Source of the DNA: Mobula hypostoma
Taxonomy: Eukaryota
Reading direction: 5' to 3'
Length of the DNA stretch: 64,000 bases
Assembly: GCF_963921235.1 (NCBI RefSeq)
Contig: NC_086108.1
Location: 19,592,001 to 19,656,000 of the forward strand
Part shown: positions 11,501 to 21,618 of the stretch, piece after piece
Layout of the letters: the number at the start of each line of letters is the position of its first letter
How positions within the stretch are numbered: the stretch's first letter is position 1
The notes under the pieces: model-generated
The model's input: only the letters and a program-made list of their open reading frames with translations
Told to the model about the DNA's origin: nothing
The model's database searches: none
Position numbers and translations under genes: made by a program

Positions 11501-12488
11501 CTGCCAAGTCTGCGCAGAGTGCAAACTGCACTTCTACCGATCCGAAAAGGCACAACTAATCAAGGCCACCTGCCCCTTTGAGCGACTGAGTGTTGACTTT
11601 AAGGGCCCCCTTCCCTCCTCCGACCGCAATGTGTACTTTCTTAATGTTATCGACGAGTACTCGCAGTTCCCCTTTGCCATCCCCTGCCCCGATACCACTA
11701 CCACGTCAGTTATAAAAGCCCTGCACAAGCTCTTCACTCTGTTCGGATCCCCATGCTATATCCACAGTGACAGAGGGTCCTCGTTTATGAGTGACGAGCT
11801 GTGCCAATACCTGCTGGCTAGGGGTATTGCAACCAGTAGGACCACGAGCTATAAGCACCAGGGGAATGGACAGGTAGAGAAGGAGAATGGCACAGTGTGG
11901 AAAGCCACACTCTTAGCCCTCAGGTCAAAGGGACTGCCGATCTCCCGCTGGCAGGAGGTCCTTCCCGAGGCACTCCACTCCATCCGCTCCCTGTTATGCA
12001 CAGCCACCAATGCCACCCCTCATGAGCGGCTCTTTTCATTTCCCAGAAAGTCAACCACTGGGACCACCCTACCAACTTGGCTGACATCCCTGGGGCCAGT
12101 GCTGCTCCGGAAACATGCGAGGAGCAATAAATACTCCCCGATGGTCGTGAGGGTTCACTTACTTCATGCGAACCCCCAGTATGCCTACGTGGTTTTACCT
12201 GATGGGCGGGAGGACACGGTCTCCATGCGCTACCTAGTGCCCACAGGAGCACCGGGCCCCTATCCTGAACACTCCATGGTGACTATTAACCCCGTACCCA
12301 CCGATGTATGTACCCACGAGACACCGTACACTCCAAACCCTACACAGACACCACACGACACTCACATACTGGGTGCAACGCACACGCACGAGGGATTAAC
12401 AACACCTAACGTGCTGGCACCTCAAGTCAGGCCGGAGCCAGCACAATCACTGTCGTCGATGCAATCACCACTGGCGCTACGTAGATAG
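8598..12488 (+). pseudogene. Gypsy gag-pol (stops and frameshifts)
   Basis: gag from ATG 8598; zinc knuckles CYFCG..KH...C and CSSCGKKGH...C (~9270-9372); protease LFDIGS; RT (SPW, RMVVDY, IDLKSAYHQ, YLDN); RNase H DASD..EKEA; integrase CQVC, VDFKGP, HSDRGS, GNGQVEKEN. Confidence 0.93.
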
Positions 12489-12596
12489 TGGCAATGGACT
12501 CGACCGCCTGATAGACTTGACCTGTAAATATACTTGTTTTAAATATTGTCAGTCACTTCACCCCACGGGACTCTTTTTTAAAAATGGAGGGGTGAA

Positions 12597-12826
12597 TGTG
12601 GTAAACCATGTATATCTGTTGTAACTGGGTTAACTGTCTGGACACACCCCTCTGTTGACTGCCCCTGTGGCTCCTCCCACAGATTCCTGTACAAAGGTGT
12701 TTCGCCTTGCGCCTCCCCCTCAGTCTGGGGGCAGACACTCACCGTGCAGGTTGTATTGTACAGTGAATAAAAGCCTTTTGGTATTTTACCTAACCTCAGT
12801 CTTTTGGAGTTATTGAAGGTGCTTCA
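12597..12826 (+). repeat. 3' LTR
   Basis: Direct repeat of the 5' LTR (about 16 substitutions plus 1 indel by eye); preceded by the PPT aaaaatggaggggtgaa. Confidence 0.95.
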
Positions 12827-12831
12827 ACCCC

Positions 12832-13150
12832 CTCCCCCAGCTGCCTATCACCTCCCTCATGGTTCCACCTCCTTCTACTACCCATTGTGTTTTCCCCTAT
12901 TCTTCCTTCACCTTTCCTGCCTATCCTCTCTCTGCTTCCCCCACCCCCCACCCCTTTATCTTTCCCCTTACTGGTTTTTCACCTGGAACCTACCAGCCTT
13001 CTCCTTCCCACCCTCCCCCAACCTTTTTAGGGCCTCTGCCCCTTTCCTCTTCAGTCCTGACTAAGGGTTCCAGCCCAAAACGTTGACTGATAGTTTCCAT
13101 GGATGCTGCCCGACCTGCTGAGTTCCTCCAGCATATTGTGAGTGTTGCTG
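12832..13150 (+). mobile_element. Penelope 3' UTR and terminus (right half of the element split by Gypsy)
   Basis: Pyrimidine-rich UTR, decayed hammerhead agtcctgactaagggttccagcccaaaacgttgact (~13053-13088), gatgctgcc tail. Confidence 0.8.
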
Positions 13151-13480
13151 AAGAGTACATCTCTTTACCAGGAGAGTTGTGAATCTTCAGAACTCACAAC
13201 CAGAGGACTGTAGATGATCAAATGTTGACCATATTCAAGGCTGAAGTTGACAGATTTTTGGATAAAACGACAGATATGTGAATTGCTCAGAAAGCTAATC
13301 CTTTTGAATAGTGCAATCATCCTGAGGGGCCTTTAGGGCTTGTACTCTGAACAACTAATTGCTCTTCCTGCATTACAATAGTGACCACATTTTAAAACAC
13401 GTCCAGTTGTAAAGCAGTATGGGATAGTTCAAAACCTTCACAGCTTCTTCCTTACATGCACAATACTGGAGGAACGAGGA

Positions 13481-13673
13481 GGCCAAGACCCTTCATCAGG
13501 ACTAACTGAAAGAAGAGCTGGTAAGAGATTTGAAAGTGGGAGGGGGAAATCTCTTACTAGCTCTTCTTTCAGTTAGTCCTGCCGAAGGGTCTCAGCCCGA
13601 AATGTTGACTGTACCTCTTCCTGGAGATGCTGCCTGGCCTGCTGCGTTCACCAGCAACTTTGATGTGTGTTGC
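13481..13673. mobile_element. Penelope terminal fragments in inverted (fold-back) arrangement
   Basis: 13481-13531 is the reverse complement of ~13547-13597; decayed hammerhead at 13575-13610. Confidence 0.8.
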
Positions 13674-13674
13674 C

Positions 13675-14677
13675 TAAGTTGAATGAAGTTATTTGCTTTG
13701 GTTCAAGAGCCTGATGGTTGAGGGGTAATAATTGTCCTTAGTGGTGAGAGAAGACAAATCTCGGAGTTGTATACTACATACGTACCTCAATTTAGTAAAA
13801 AAAAATGAACCTTTGTGTGAGCACGGAGGCTATTGTACCTTCTTCCTGATGGCAACAGTGAGGAGACAGCATTTCCTGTAGGCTGGGATCCACAATGATG
13901 GATGCTGCTTTCCTGGGACAATTTTTTTTAATGCAGATGTGCTCAATGGTGGGGAGGGCTTTACCCATGATGGACTGGCCATATCTACTACTTTTTGTAG
14001 GATTTTCCATTCTAGGGCATTGATGGGCAATTTCCATTGATGTAGCCAGTCAATGTACTCTCCACTACACATCTTGTCCAAAGTTTTAGAGTCACACTAA
14101 ATCTTTGCAAACATCTAAGGATGCAGAGTCGATGCTGTGCTTCCTTCATAATTGTACTTAAGTGCTGGGCTCAGGACGGGTTCTCCAAAATAATAACACC
14201 AAGGAACTTAAAGTAGCTGACCCTCCATGAAGACTGGCTCACAGACCTCTGGTTTCCTCCTCTTGAAATCAATAATCAGCTCCTTGGTCTTGCTGACATT
14301 AAGTAAAAGGTTGTTGTTATGGCATCACTCAGTCAGAGTTTCAATCTCCCTCCTACATGCTGATTCATCACCACCTTTGATTCAGCCTATGACAGTGGTG
14401 TCATCAGCAAACTTGAATATGGCTTTGCAGCTGTGCTGAGCTACAGTCATAAAGTGAGTAAAGCAGGAGGCCAAGCACATAGCCTTGTGGGCACCTGTAC
14501 TGACAGAGATCATAGAGGAGATATTGTTATTAATCTGAATGGCTGGGGTCTGCGTGAGGAAATCAAAGATCCAACTGCACAAAGAGGTATGAAGGCCAAG
14601 GTCTTGAAACTTATTGATAGCTTTGAGGGGATGATGGTATTGAATGTAGAGCTGTAGTCAATAAAGGGCATCCTGAC
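13675..14677 (-). mobile_element. Rex1/Babar LINE 3' fragment, decayed
   Basis: VRMPFIDYSSTFNTIIP, CSWIFDFLT, FKFADDTTVIG. Confidence 0.8.
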
Positions 14678-14919
14678 ATTCTTTATCTTTGCTCCCAGAA
14701 CTTTCCATCCCAGCTCCTGCCAGCATTCAGGCCCACTTACCCTTACTCCAGCAGCCCTCCTGTTACGCATCCCTCCTACTCTGGGATTCAGCATCCCTTC
14801 CTAACTCCTCTGCTGGAATAGGGAAGCAGTACTGGAAATGCACTGCATGTCTCGTGACTCAAATCATCACACAACTATTCCGGGAAAGCAAATGATCATG
14901 GTATAATTTTGGAACTGTC

Positions 14920-15167
14920 CGCACGGTGGTATAGCTGATATAGCCTCCCAGCACCAGTGAGCTGTATTCAGTCCAGTACTTTCTGTGTGGAGTTTGCACA
15001 TTCTTGCTGTCACCACATGGAATTTCTCCAGATGCTCCCATGTCACAAAGACATATGGGATGTTTGGTTAATTTTCCATTGTAAATTGCCCCTAGTTGGC
15101 AAGTAAGTGGTAGAATCTGGGAGGAGATAATGAGAATGTGGGGAGAATTTAACAAAGGATTAGTGTA
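14920..15167 (+). mobile_element. V-SINE (HE1-like)
   Basis: V-domain-like tgtgtggagtttgcacattct...cacaaagac...attgtaaattgcccctag. Confidence 0.65.
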
Positions 15168-15184
15168 ACACCTTGTGACACCCT

Positions 15185-15760
15185 GACACAGTGGTGCCAA
15201 GATAACAACCTCTCCCTTAATGTCCAAAAAACAGAAGAGCTGATTGTGAATTACAGGAGGAATAGAGACAGCTCGCCCAATCAACATCAATGGGATTAGT
15301 TGAGAGGGTGAGTAGTTTTAGGTTCCTCAGTATATACATCACCGAAGATTTCACCTATTGTGTGGCAAAAAATAAGTACAACAGCATATCTTCCACATCA
15401 GGCAATTGGAGAAGTTCGACATGAGCCCCCAGATCTTCAAGACCTTCTACAGAGGCACCACTGAGAGCATACTGACTGGCTGTATCACCACCTGGTCCAG
15501 GAACTGCACCAACCTTGATCACTGGGCACTGCAGAGAGTGGTACGGACAACCCAGCGCATCTGTGGGTGTGAACTTCACTCCCTTGAGGACATTACAGCA
15601 GCAAGTACAGAAAGAAGGTCTGGGAGATTATCTGGGACACCAGTCACCCCAGCCATAAACTGTTTCAGCTGCTTCCATCTGGCAAATGGTACTGCAGCAT
15701 TAATGCCAGGACCAACAGGCTACAGGACAGCTTCTTTCTGCAAGGCATTATGCTTTTAAA
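15185..15760 (+). mobile_element. Rex1/Babar LINE 3' fragment
   Basis: KTFYRGTTESILTGCITTW, LQRVVRT. Confidence 0.8.
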
Positions 15761-16374
15761 TTCATATATCTCTCCATTGCAACTCCCTCACATTATGGGG
15801 TGGATACAAGATTTAAATAAATTCAATAAGCTTGATTTGTGTATGCTTGATGGTCATTTTGGACTCAATAGGCTGAAGGGTCTGTTTGCATGCTCTCTCT
15901 ATGTACCTATGACTTCACTCCTGGCTTGCACTGAATTTGGCAACCTGAGCTAAGATATTAGCATGTTAAGGGCAAACCTTCTGTGGGTAGAACAGCATAA
16001 AGTAAACTGAAGTAACACACAAAGCAAAGGTCAAAGGTTCTTTAATTATCAAAGTTTGTTTCCCTAAACAAATCTGAGCTTTGCCTTCTCCAGATAGCCA
16101 CAACACAAAGAAAGAACATGAAAGTCACTCAGAGGGAAACATCAAACCCACCCCCACACAAAAAGTGAACAGCATCCTGATCATCAAACCCCCCAACCCA
16201 CCCACACAAAACAGAACAAGAACATCGACTCCCAAACCCCCTCCCCCACACAGCAAAATGGAAAAGGAATGATTGAATAAAAACACAGAATTTAAAAACT
16301 GTAAGTCTGAAAAAGTCCACAGTCAATAAACACAATAGTCCAATCCACAGAGGCTGTGTACAAGAAGAGCCCGA

Positions 16375-16899
16375 GTCTTTCGGAGTATACAGGCTTCTCC
16401 TTCACATGTTTTACCCGTGTGTTGATGCCAGTAGAATCTTCTATGTGGTGGTGTGCTGGGGCAATGGCATCAACACGGGTGATACCAACTGGCTCAATAA
16501 ACTGATTAGAAAAGCTGGCTCTGTTAATATGAGTTGAACTGGACACAGTGGAGGCTGTGGTAGAATAAAGGACCCAACAGAAAATCCTGGTAATTCTGGA
16601 CAATGTTTCTCACTGCATGCCCCCTTGGTTGAACAGAGGAACATTTTTAGTGATAGACTAAGACAACTGCACTGCTCCAAAGACTGCTATATGAGGTCAT
16701 TCTTACCCTCGGCCATTAGGCTCTATAATGAGTCAACATACAGCCAGGAAAGTGATGACCCACTTCTGTTAGACTATTTGAGGTAACTTAATTTTTATTC
16801 TTTCTTACTTCTCTTCAGATATTTGTATATCTGTGCACTTGTAATGCTACTGTGACACTGTAATTTCCTTTAGAATCAGAGAAGTATCTGTCTATCTAT
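16375..16899 (+). mobile_element. Rex1/Babar-like LINE 3' end (second subfamily)
   Basis: IFYVVVCWG..LNKLIRKAGS-like coding; tail aaagtatctgtctatcta; related copy at 63380-63712. Confidence 0.7.
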
Positions 16900-16994
16900 A
16901 AACACAGAATCCATGATACCATCCTCTGACATCACCTACATTCATCCAAAGAGAGGGACACCACACGAGGCAGAGGCCGACATCGGTGTTGCTG

Positions 16995-17436
16995 GGTCTG
17001 GACGACCTGAGTTATAAGGAAAGGTTGAATAGGTTTGGACTTTATTCCTTGGAAAATAGAAGATTGAGGGGAGATTTGATAGAGGTATACAAAATTATGA
17101 GAGTAGAGGTAGATCAGGCTTTTTCCACTGAGGTTGGGTGGGACGACAACTAGAGGTCATGGGTGAAGGGTGAAAGGTGAAAAATTTAAGGGGAACATCA
17201 GGGGAAACTACTTCATTCAGAGGGCCATGAAAGTGTGGAATGAGCTGCCAGCGCAAATGGTGCACGTGAGCTCAATTTTCAACATTTAAGAGAAGTTTGG
17301 ATAGGCACGTTGTTGAGAGGGACATGGAGGGCTATGGTCTGGGTGCAGGTGATGGGACGAGGCAGTTTAAATGGTTTGGCACAGACTAGATGGGCTGAAG
17401 GGCCTGATTCTGTGCTGTACTTTTCTATGACTCTAT
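16995..17436 (+). mobile_element. CR1 LINE 3' fragment
   Basis: agaagattgaggggagatttgatagaggtatacaaaattatg (RRLRGDLIEVYKIM); tail ttctatgactctat. Confidence 0.8.
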
Positions 17437-17626
17437 AGAGTGAAGATAGCTTGTACCTGAAGGATCTTGACCAGAAATGTCAACTGTCCACTTCCCTCCA
17501 GAGATGTTGCCTGAACCGTTGAGTTCCTCCAGCATTTTGTATGTTGCTCCTATCCCAGTGTCTGCATTCTCTTGTGTCTCTGGAACAACCAGGTGTTTCA
17601 CTGCTTCTAAATTGGTAGAACAAAAG

Positions 17627-18683
17627 CAGACATCCCACCTCTCCCGGAAGTTCTGGGAGTCTCCCGCATATTAATAGCAGCTCCCTGATGCCCGCAAGTT
17701 ATATACAATATCCCGGAAATGAGAGGGACAGCGGGATCGAGAGCAGGAGCAAGAGCGAGCATCCTGATTGGTCTCTTTGTGCTAAGTAGACCTATAAGTT
17801 TTCTCTGTGGGCGGGCTTTACAGTCGACCTCTGTCTCTCCATCGGTTCAGTTTCATGTCCTGCACTGCTATGGCAAAGTGTTTCAAGAAAAGAAAATATA
17901 AAACGCACTTCACCCCAGTGTACCCCTGCCTAATAGGGGTCAAAAATAATGACAGTGTTGCTCACTGCACTGTTTGCAACAGTGACTTTTCCATTGCCCA
18001 TGATGGGTTAGGACTGTAAAAGACATGTTGAGGTGAGTTTAACAGGTGTTATTTGTTCATTAGCATAGCTAATGTTATTTAAACTAGCTGGCCAGCTGCT
18101 GAGGAGCTACTCTATTGATGTCCTACGCGATGGGGCCAAACTCCCTGTAGATGTGCTTAAAGTTGTAATAGAATTAAAAAATGACTCCATGATAATATAT
18201 AAGTACTGTACATACTGTGTTTTAATATCACATTTTCTGCATATACCCAGTTTACAGATTACAGATTGGTTTACAGATTAGACAAAATTACTAAACAAAG
18301 TATTACATAAGACAATATAATAAGGATACACCTTATGCTTTTATTTCTTTTAGGGACCACAACATATTAGGGAGGCTAATCGCAGGGAAGACTGCTCAAG
18401 TATTTCACAGTTCTTTTCAGCAGAGCCACATCACAGTACAAGGAAAGTTTGCAAAAGAAATAGTAAAGCTATTTGCATTAGCGTTGAGATTGCCAACAAA
18501 ATACTCGACAAGGAATATATATGTATGTATATATGTGTGTGTGTAAATAGTTTCAATATGTGTCAAATAAACTGTTGTGTTCTTTCATAATCAGATGTCC
18601 CATATACATGCGCCCTTGGAGGTCGACGGTGGGGGGGGGGGTGCTATCTCCCTGAAATGAGTTTTTGCAGGGTGGGATGTCTG
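17627..18683 (+). mobile_element. Non-autonomous hAT-like DNA transposon with remnant N-terminal zinc-finger exon
   Basis: 13-bp TIR cagacatcccacc (17627-17639) / ggtgggatgtctg (18671-18683); direct repeat caaaag at 17621-17626 and 18684-18689; ATG 17870 MAKCFKKRK..AHCTVCNSDFSIAH.G..DCKRHVE then gtgagt donor at 18033. Confidence 0.8.
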
Positions 18684-18889
18684 CAAAAGCAACACGTGTC
18701 GACTCCAGGAAAGAATCAGTGACAGCAAGAGGTAGTTGAAGGGGAGAGATGTCCCTGCACTTGTGAAACATTGCTTTATTTACTTAAAGTCTTGACAGAA
18801 ATACAGCACAGAAAGAGTCCTGAGTTCCTGCTGACTGTGAAGCAGCTTCGAGCACAGTAATCCTACTTTAACTTAATTTGTTCTCTCTT

Positions 18890-19080
18890 TCTTGTCTCAC
18901 CTACACAGCAGGGACAATTTACAGCGACCAATTAACTGCACTTCTTTGGGATGTGGGAGGGAACCAGAGCATCGAGATGAAAGCCAGGCATTCCCAGAAT
19001 GTGCAGATTCCACACAGACAGGGTTGGACCCAGCTTACTGGAACGGTCAGGCAGCAGCTCCACTAGCTGTGTCGATCTGC
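18890..19080 (-). mobile_element. V-SINE fragment
   Basis: ggacaatttacag..ctttgggatgtgggagggaaccagagca = reverse complement of the V-domain. Confidence 0.6.
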
Positions 19081-19481
19081 TGCCTTTTTGTTCCCTTTAT
19101 TTCTGCTATGTATTTTTTTTTATCTTTGTGGTAGCTGCAGAGAGGTATTCCACAAGGAAGTAAACTTAATGAATTTAAGAAGTAACAGTGCTAAGCGTCT
19201 GATGCAAAAAGTTTGCAAGTTCAGAGTGTATACAATAATCATGTCTCTCACTAACCTTGCTTTCAATATCACTGGGTCTTATTCCCACTGACAGTGAATC
19301 CCTTTCTTCAGACTTTGACTGTGGCGCCTGGGGTTCCTCACGATTTTGCAGCATTCTGAGCAATCAGGCTGTGCTCCCCTTATATTCAGCAAGGAAAGTA
19401 TTAACAACATATGTCTCACTGAAATACTGAGAAGATGTTTCAGTCTGCAGGCATCTGAATGATTGTTCTGTGGTGTTCTTT

Positions 19482-20893
19482 TCAGAATCAGAATCAGGTT
19501 GTCGTTTGTTGTGATATTTGTTAATTTAGCAGCAGCAGTTCAAAGCAATACATAAAATAGAAGAAAAAAATAAACAAATCAATTACAGTATACATATATT
19601 AAATAGATTAAAAATAGAGCAAAAAACAAATAATACATATTGAATTGACTTTATTTTTTTACATCCTTCACATATATGAGGAGTAAAAATCTTTACGTTA
19701 CGTCTCTGTCTAAATTGCAATGTGCAATCATAGTAATTTATAATAAATATAGCAGTCAATGTAACATAGAAATACACTCAAATCAGCGTGAGTTAATCAG
19801 TCTGATGGTCTGGTGGAAGAAGCTGTCCTGGATCCTGTTGGTCCTGGCTTCTATGCTACAATACTGTTTCCTGGATGGTAGCAGCTGGAATACATTGTGG
19901 TTGGAGTGACTCAGGGTCCCCAATGATCCTTCGGGCCCTTTTCTCACACCTGTCTTTGTAAATGTCCTGAATCATGGGAAGTTCACAACTACAGATGTGC
20001 TGGGCTGTCCGCACCACTCTCTGCAGAGTCCTGTGATTAAGGGTGGTACAGGTCCCATACCAGGCAGTGATGCAGCCAGTCAGGATGCTCTCAATTGTGC
20101 CCCTGTAGAAAGTTCTGAGGATTTGGGGGCCCATACCAAACTTCCTCAACCGTCTGAGGTGTAATAGGCGCTGTTGTGCCTTTTTCACCGCACAGCTGGT
20201 GTGTACAGACCATTTGAGGTCCTTGGTGATGTGCATGCCGAGGAATTTAAAGCTGTTTACCCTCTCAACCCCAGATCCATTGATGTCAATAGGGATTAGC
20301 CCGTCTCCATTCCTCCTGTAACCAGCTCCTTTGTTTTTGCAACATTGAGGGAGAGGTTGTTTTCTTGACACCACTGTGTCAGAGAGATGTCTTCTTCCCT
20401 GTAGGCCACCTCATTATTATTTGAGATTAGGCCAATCAATGTAGTGTCGTCAGCAAATTTAATGAGCAGATTGGAGCTGTGGGTGGCGACACAGTCATGG
20501 GTATATAGAAAGTAAAGGAGGGGGCTTAAGACACAGCCTTTGAGGGGCTCCTGTGTTGAGGGTCAGAGGGGCAGAGGTGAGGAAGCCCACTCTTACCAGC
20601 TGCCGTGGATCTGACAGCAAGTCCAGGATCCAGATGCATAAGGCAAGGTGAAGGTCAAGGTCTCTGAGCTTCTTGTCAAACCTGGATGGAACTATGGTGT
20701 TGAATGCTGAACTGTAGTCCAAGAACAGCATTCTCACATAAGCATCTTCTTCTCCAGATGTATAAGGACGGTATGTAGAGCAGTGGCTATTGCATCATCT
20801 GTTGATCGGTTGTGTCGGTAGGTGAACTGTAGGGGGTCTAGTTTGGGTGGTCGCATGCTGCAGATGTAGTCCTTGACCAGCCTCTCAAAGCAT
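19482..20893 (-). mobile_element. Rex1/Babar LINE, RT through 3' end
   Basis: [46 protein letters not shown]; (tctgat)n-type tail at ~19482. Confidence 0.88.
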
Positions 20894-20967
20894 TGAGGAA
20901 ATTAACCCACATGGGTGTTTCTCTTATTTCCATCTCCTACTCTGCCAATAGTTCCCTGGAAATGGTA

Positions 20968-21618
20968 CTTTTATATATTGGTGAGACCCGACGCAGACTG
21001 GGAGATCGCTTTGCTGAACATCTACGCTCTGTCTGCCAGAGAAAGCAGGATCTCCCAGTGGCCACACATTTTAATTCCACATCCCATTCCCATTCTGACA
21101 TGTCTATCCACGGCCTCCTCTACTGTAAAGATGAAGCCACACTCAGGTTGGAGGAACAACACCTTATATTCCGTCTGGGCAGCCTCCAACCTGATGGCAT
21201 GAACATCGACTTCTCTAACTTCCGCTAAGGCCCCACCTCCCCCTCGTACCCCATCTGTTACTTATTTTTATGCACACATTCTTTCTCTCACTCTCCTTTT
21301 TCTCCCTCTGTCCCTCTGAATATACCCCTTGCCCATCCTCTGGGTCCCCCTCCCTGTCTTTCTTTCCGGACCTCCTGTCCCATGATCCTCTCGTATCCCT
21401 TTTGCCTATCACCTGTCCAGCTCTCGGCTCTATCCCTCCCCCTCCTGTCTTCTCCTATCATTTTGGATCTCCCCCTCCCCCTCCAACTTTCAAATCCCTT
21501 ACTCACTCTTCCTTCAGTTAGTCCTGACGAAGGGTCTCGGCCTGAAACGTCGACTGCACCTCTTCCTACAGATGCTGCCTGGCCTGCTGCGTTCACCAGC
21601 AACTTTGATGTGTGTTGC
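20968..21618 (+). mobile_element. Penelope-like element, 5'-truncated (GIY-YIG C-terminus, 3' UTR, hammerhead, tail)
   Basis: LYIGETRRRLGDRFAEHLRSV..VATHFNS..RLEEQHLIFRLGSLQPDGMNIDFSNFR*. Confidence 0.92.
21520..21555 (+). ncRNA. Minimal type-I hammerhead ribozyme motif (intact core)
   Basis: agtc-CTGACGA-agg(gtctcgg)cct-GAAA-c-GTC-gact: stem I agtc/gact, stem II, predicted cleavage after C21551. Confidence 0.8.

Larger units (their letters stand above)
3142..12826 (+). mobile_element. Gypsy/Ty3 LTR retrotransposon, complete structure but decayed, with nested insertions
   Basis: TG..CA LTRs at 3142-3370 and 12597-12826; TSD acccc at 3137-3141 and 12827-12831; polypurine tract 12580-12596; domain order gag-PR-RT-RH-INT. 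Confidence 0.95.

Noticed and set aside
21288..21602. Repeated ORFs MLVNAAGQAAS.. (also at 25810 and 51583)
   Set aside because: Antisense readings of the Penelope non-coding terminus
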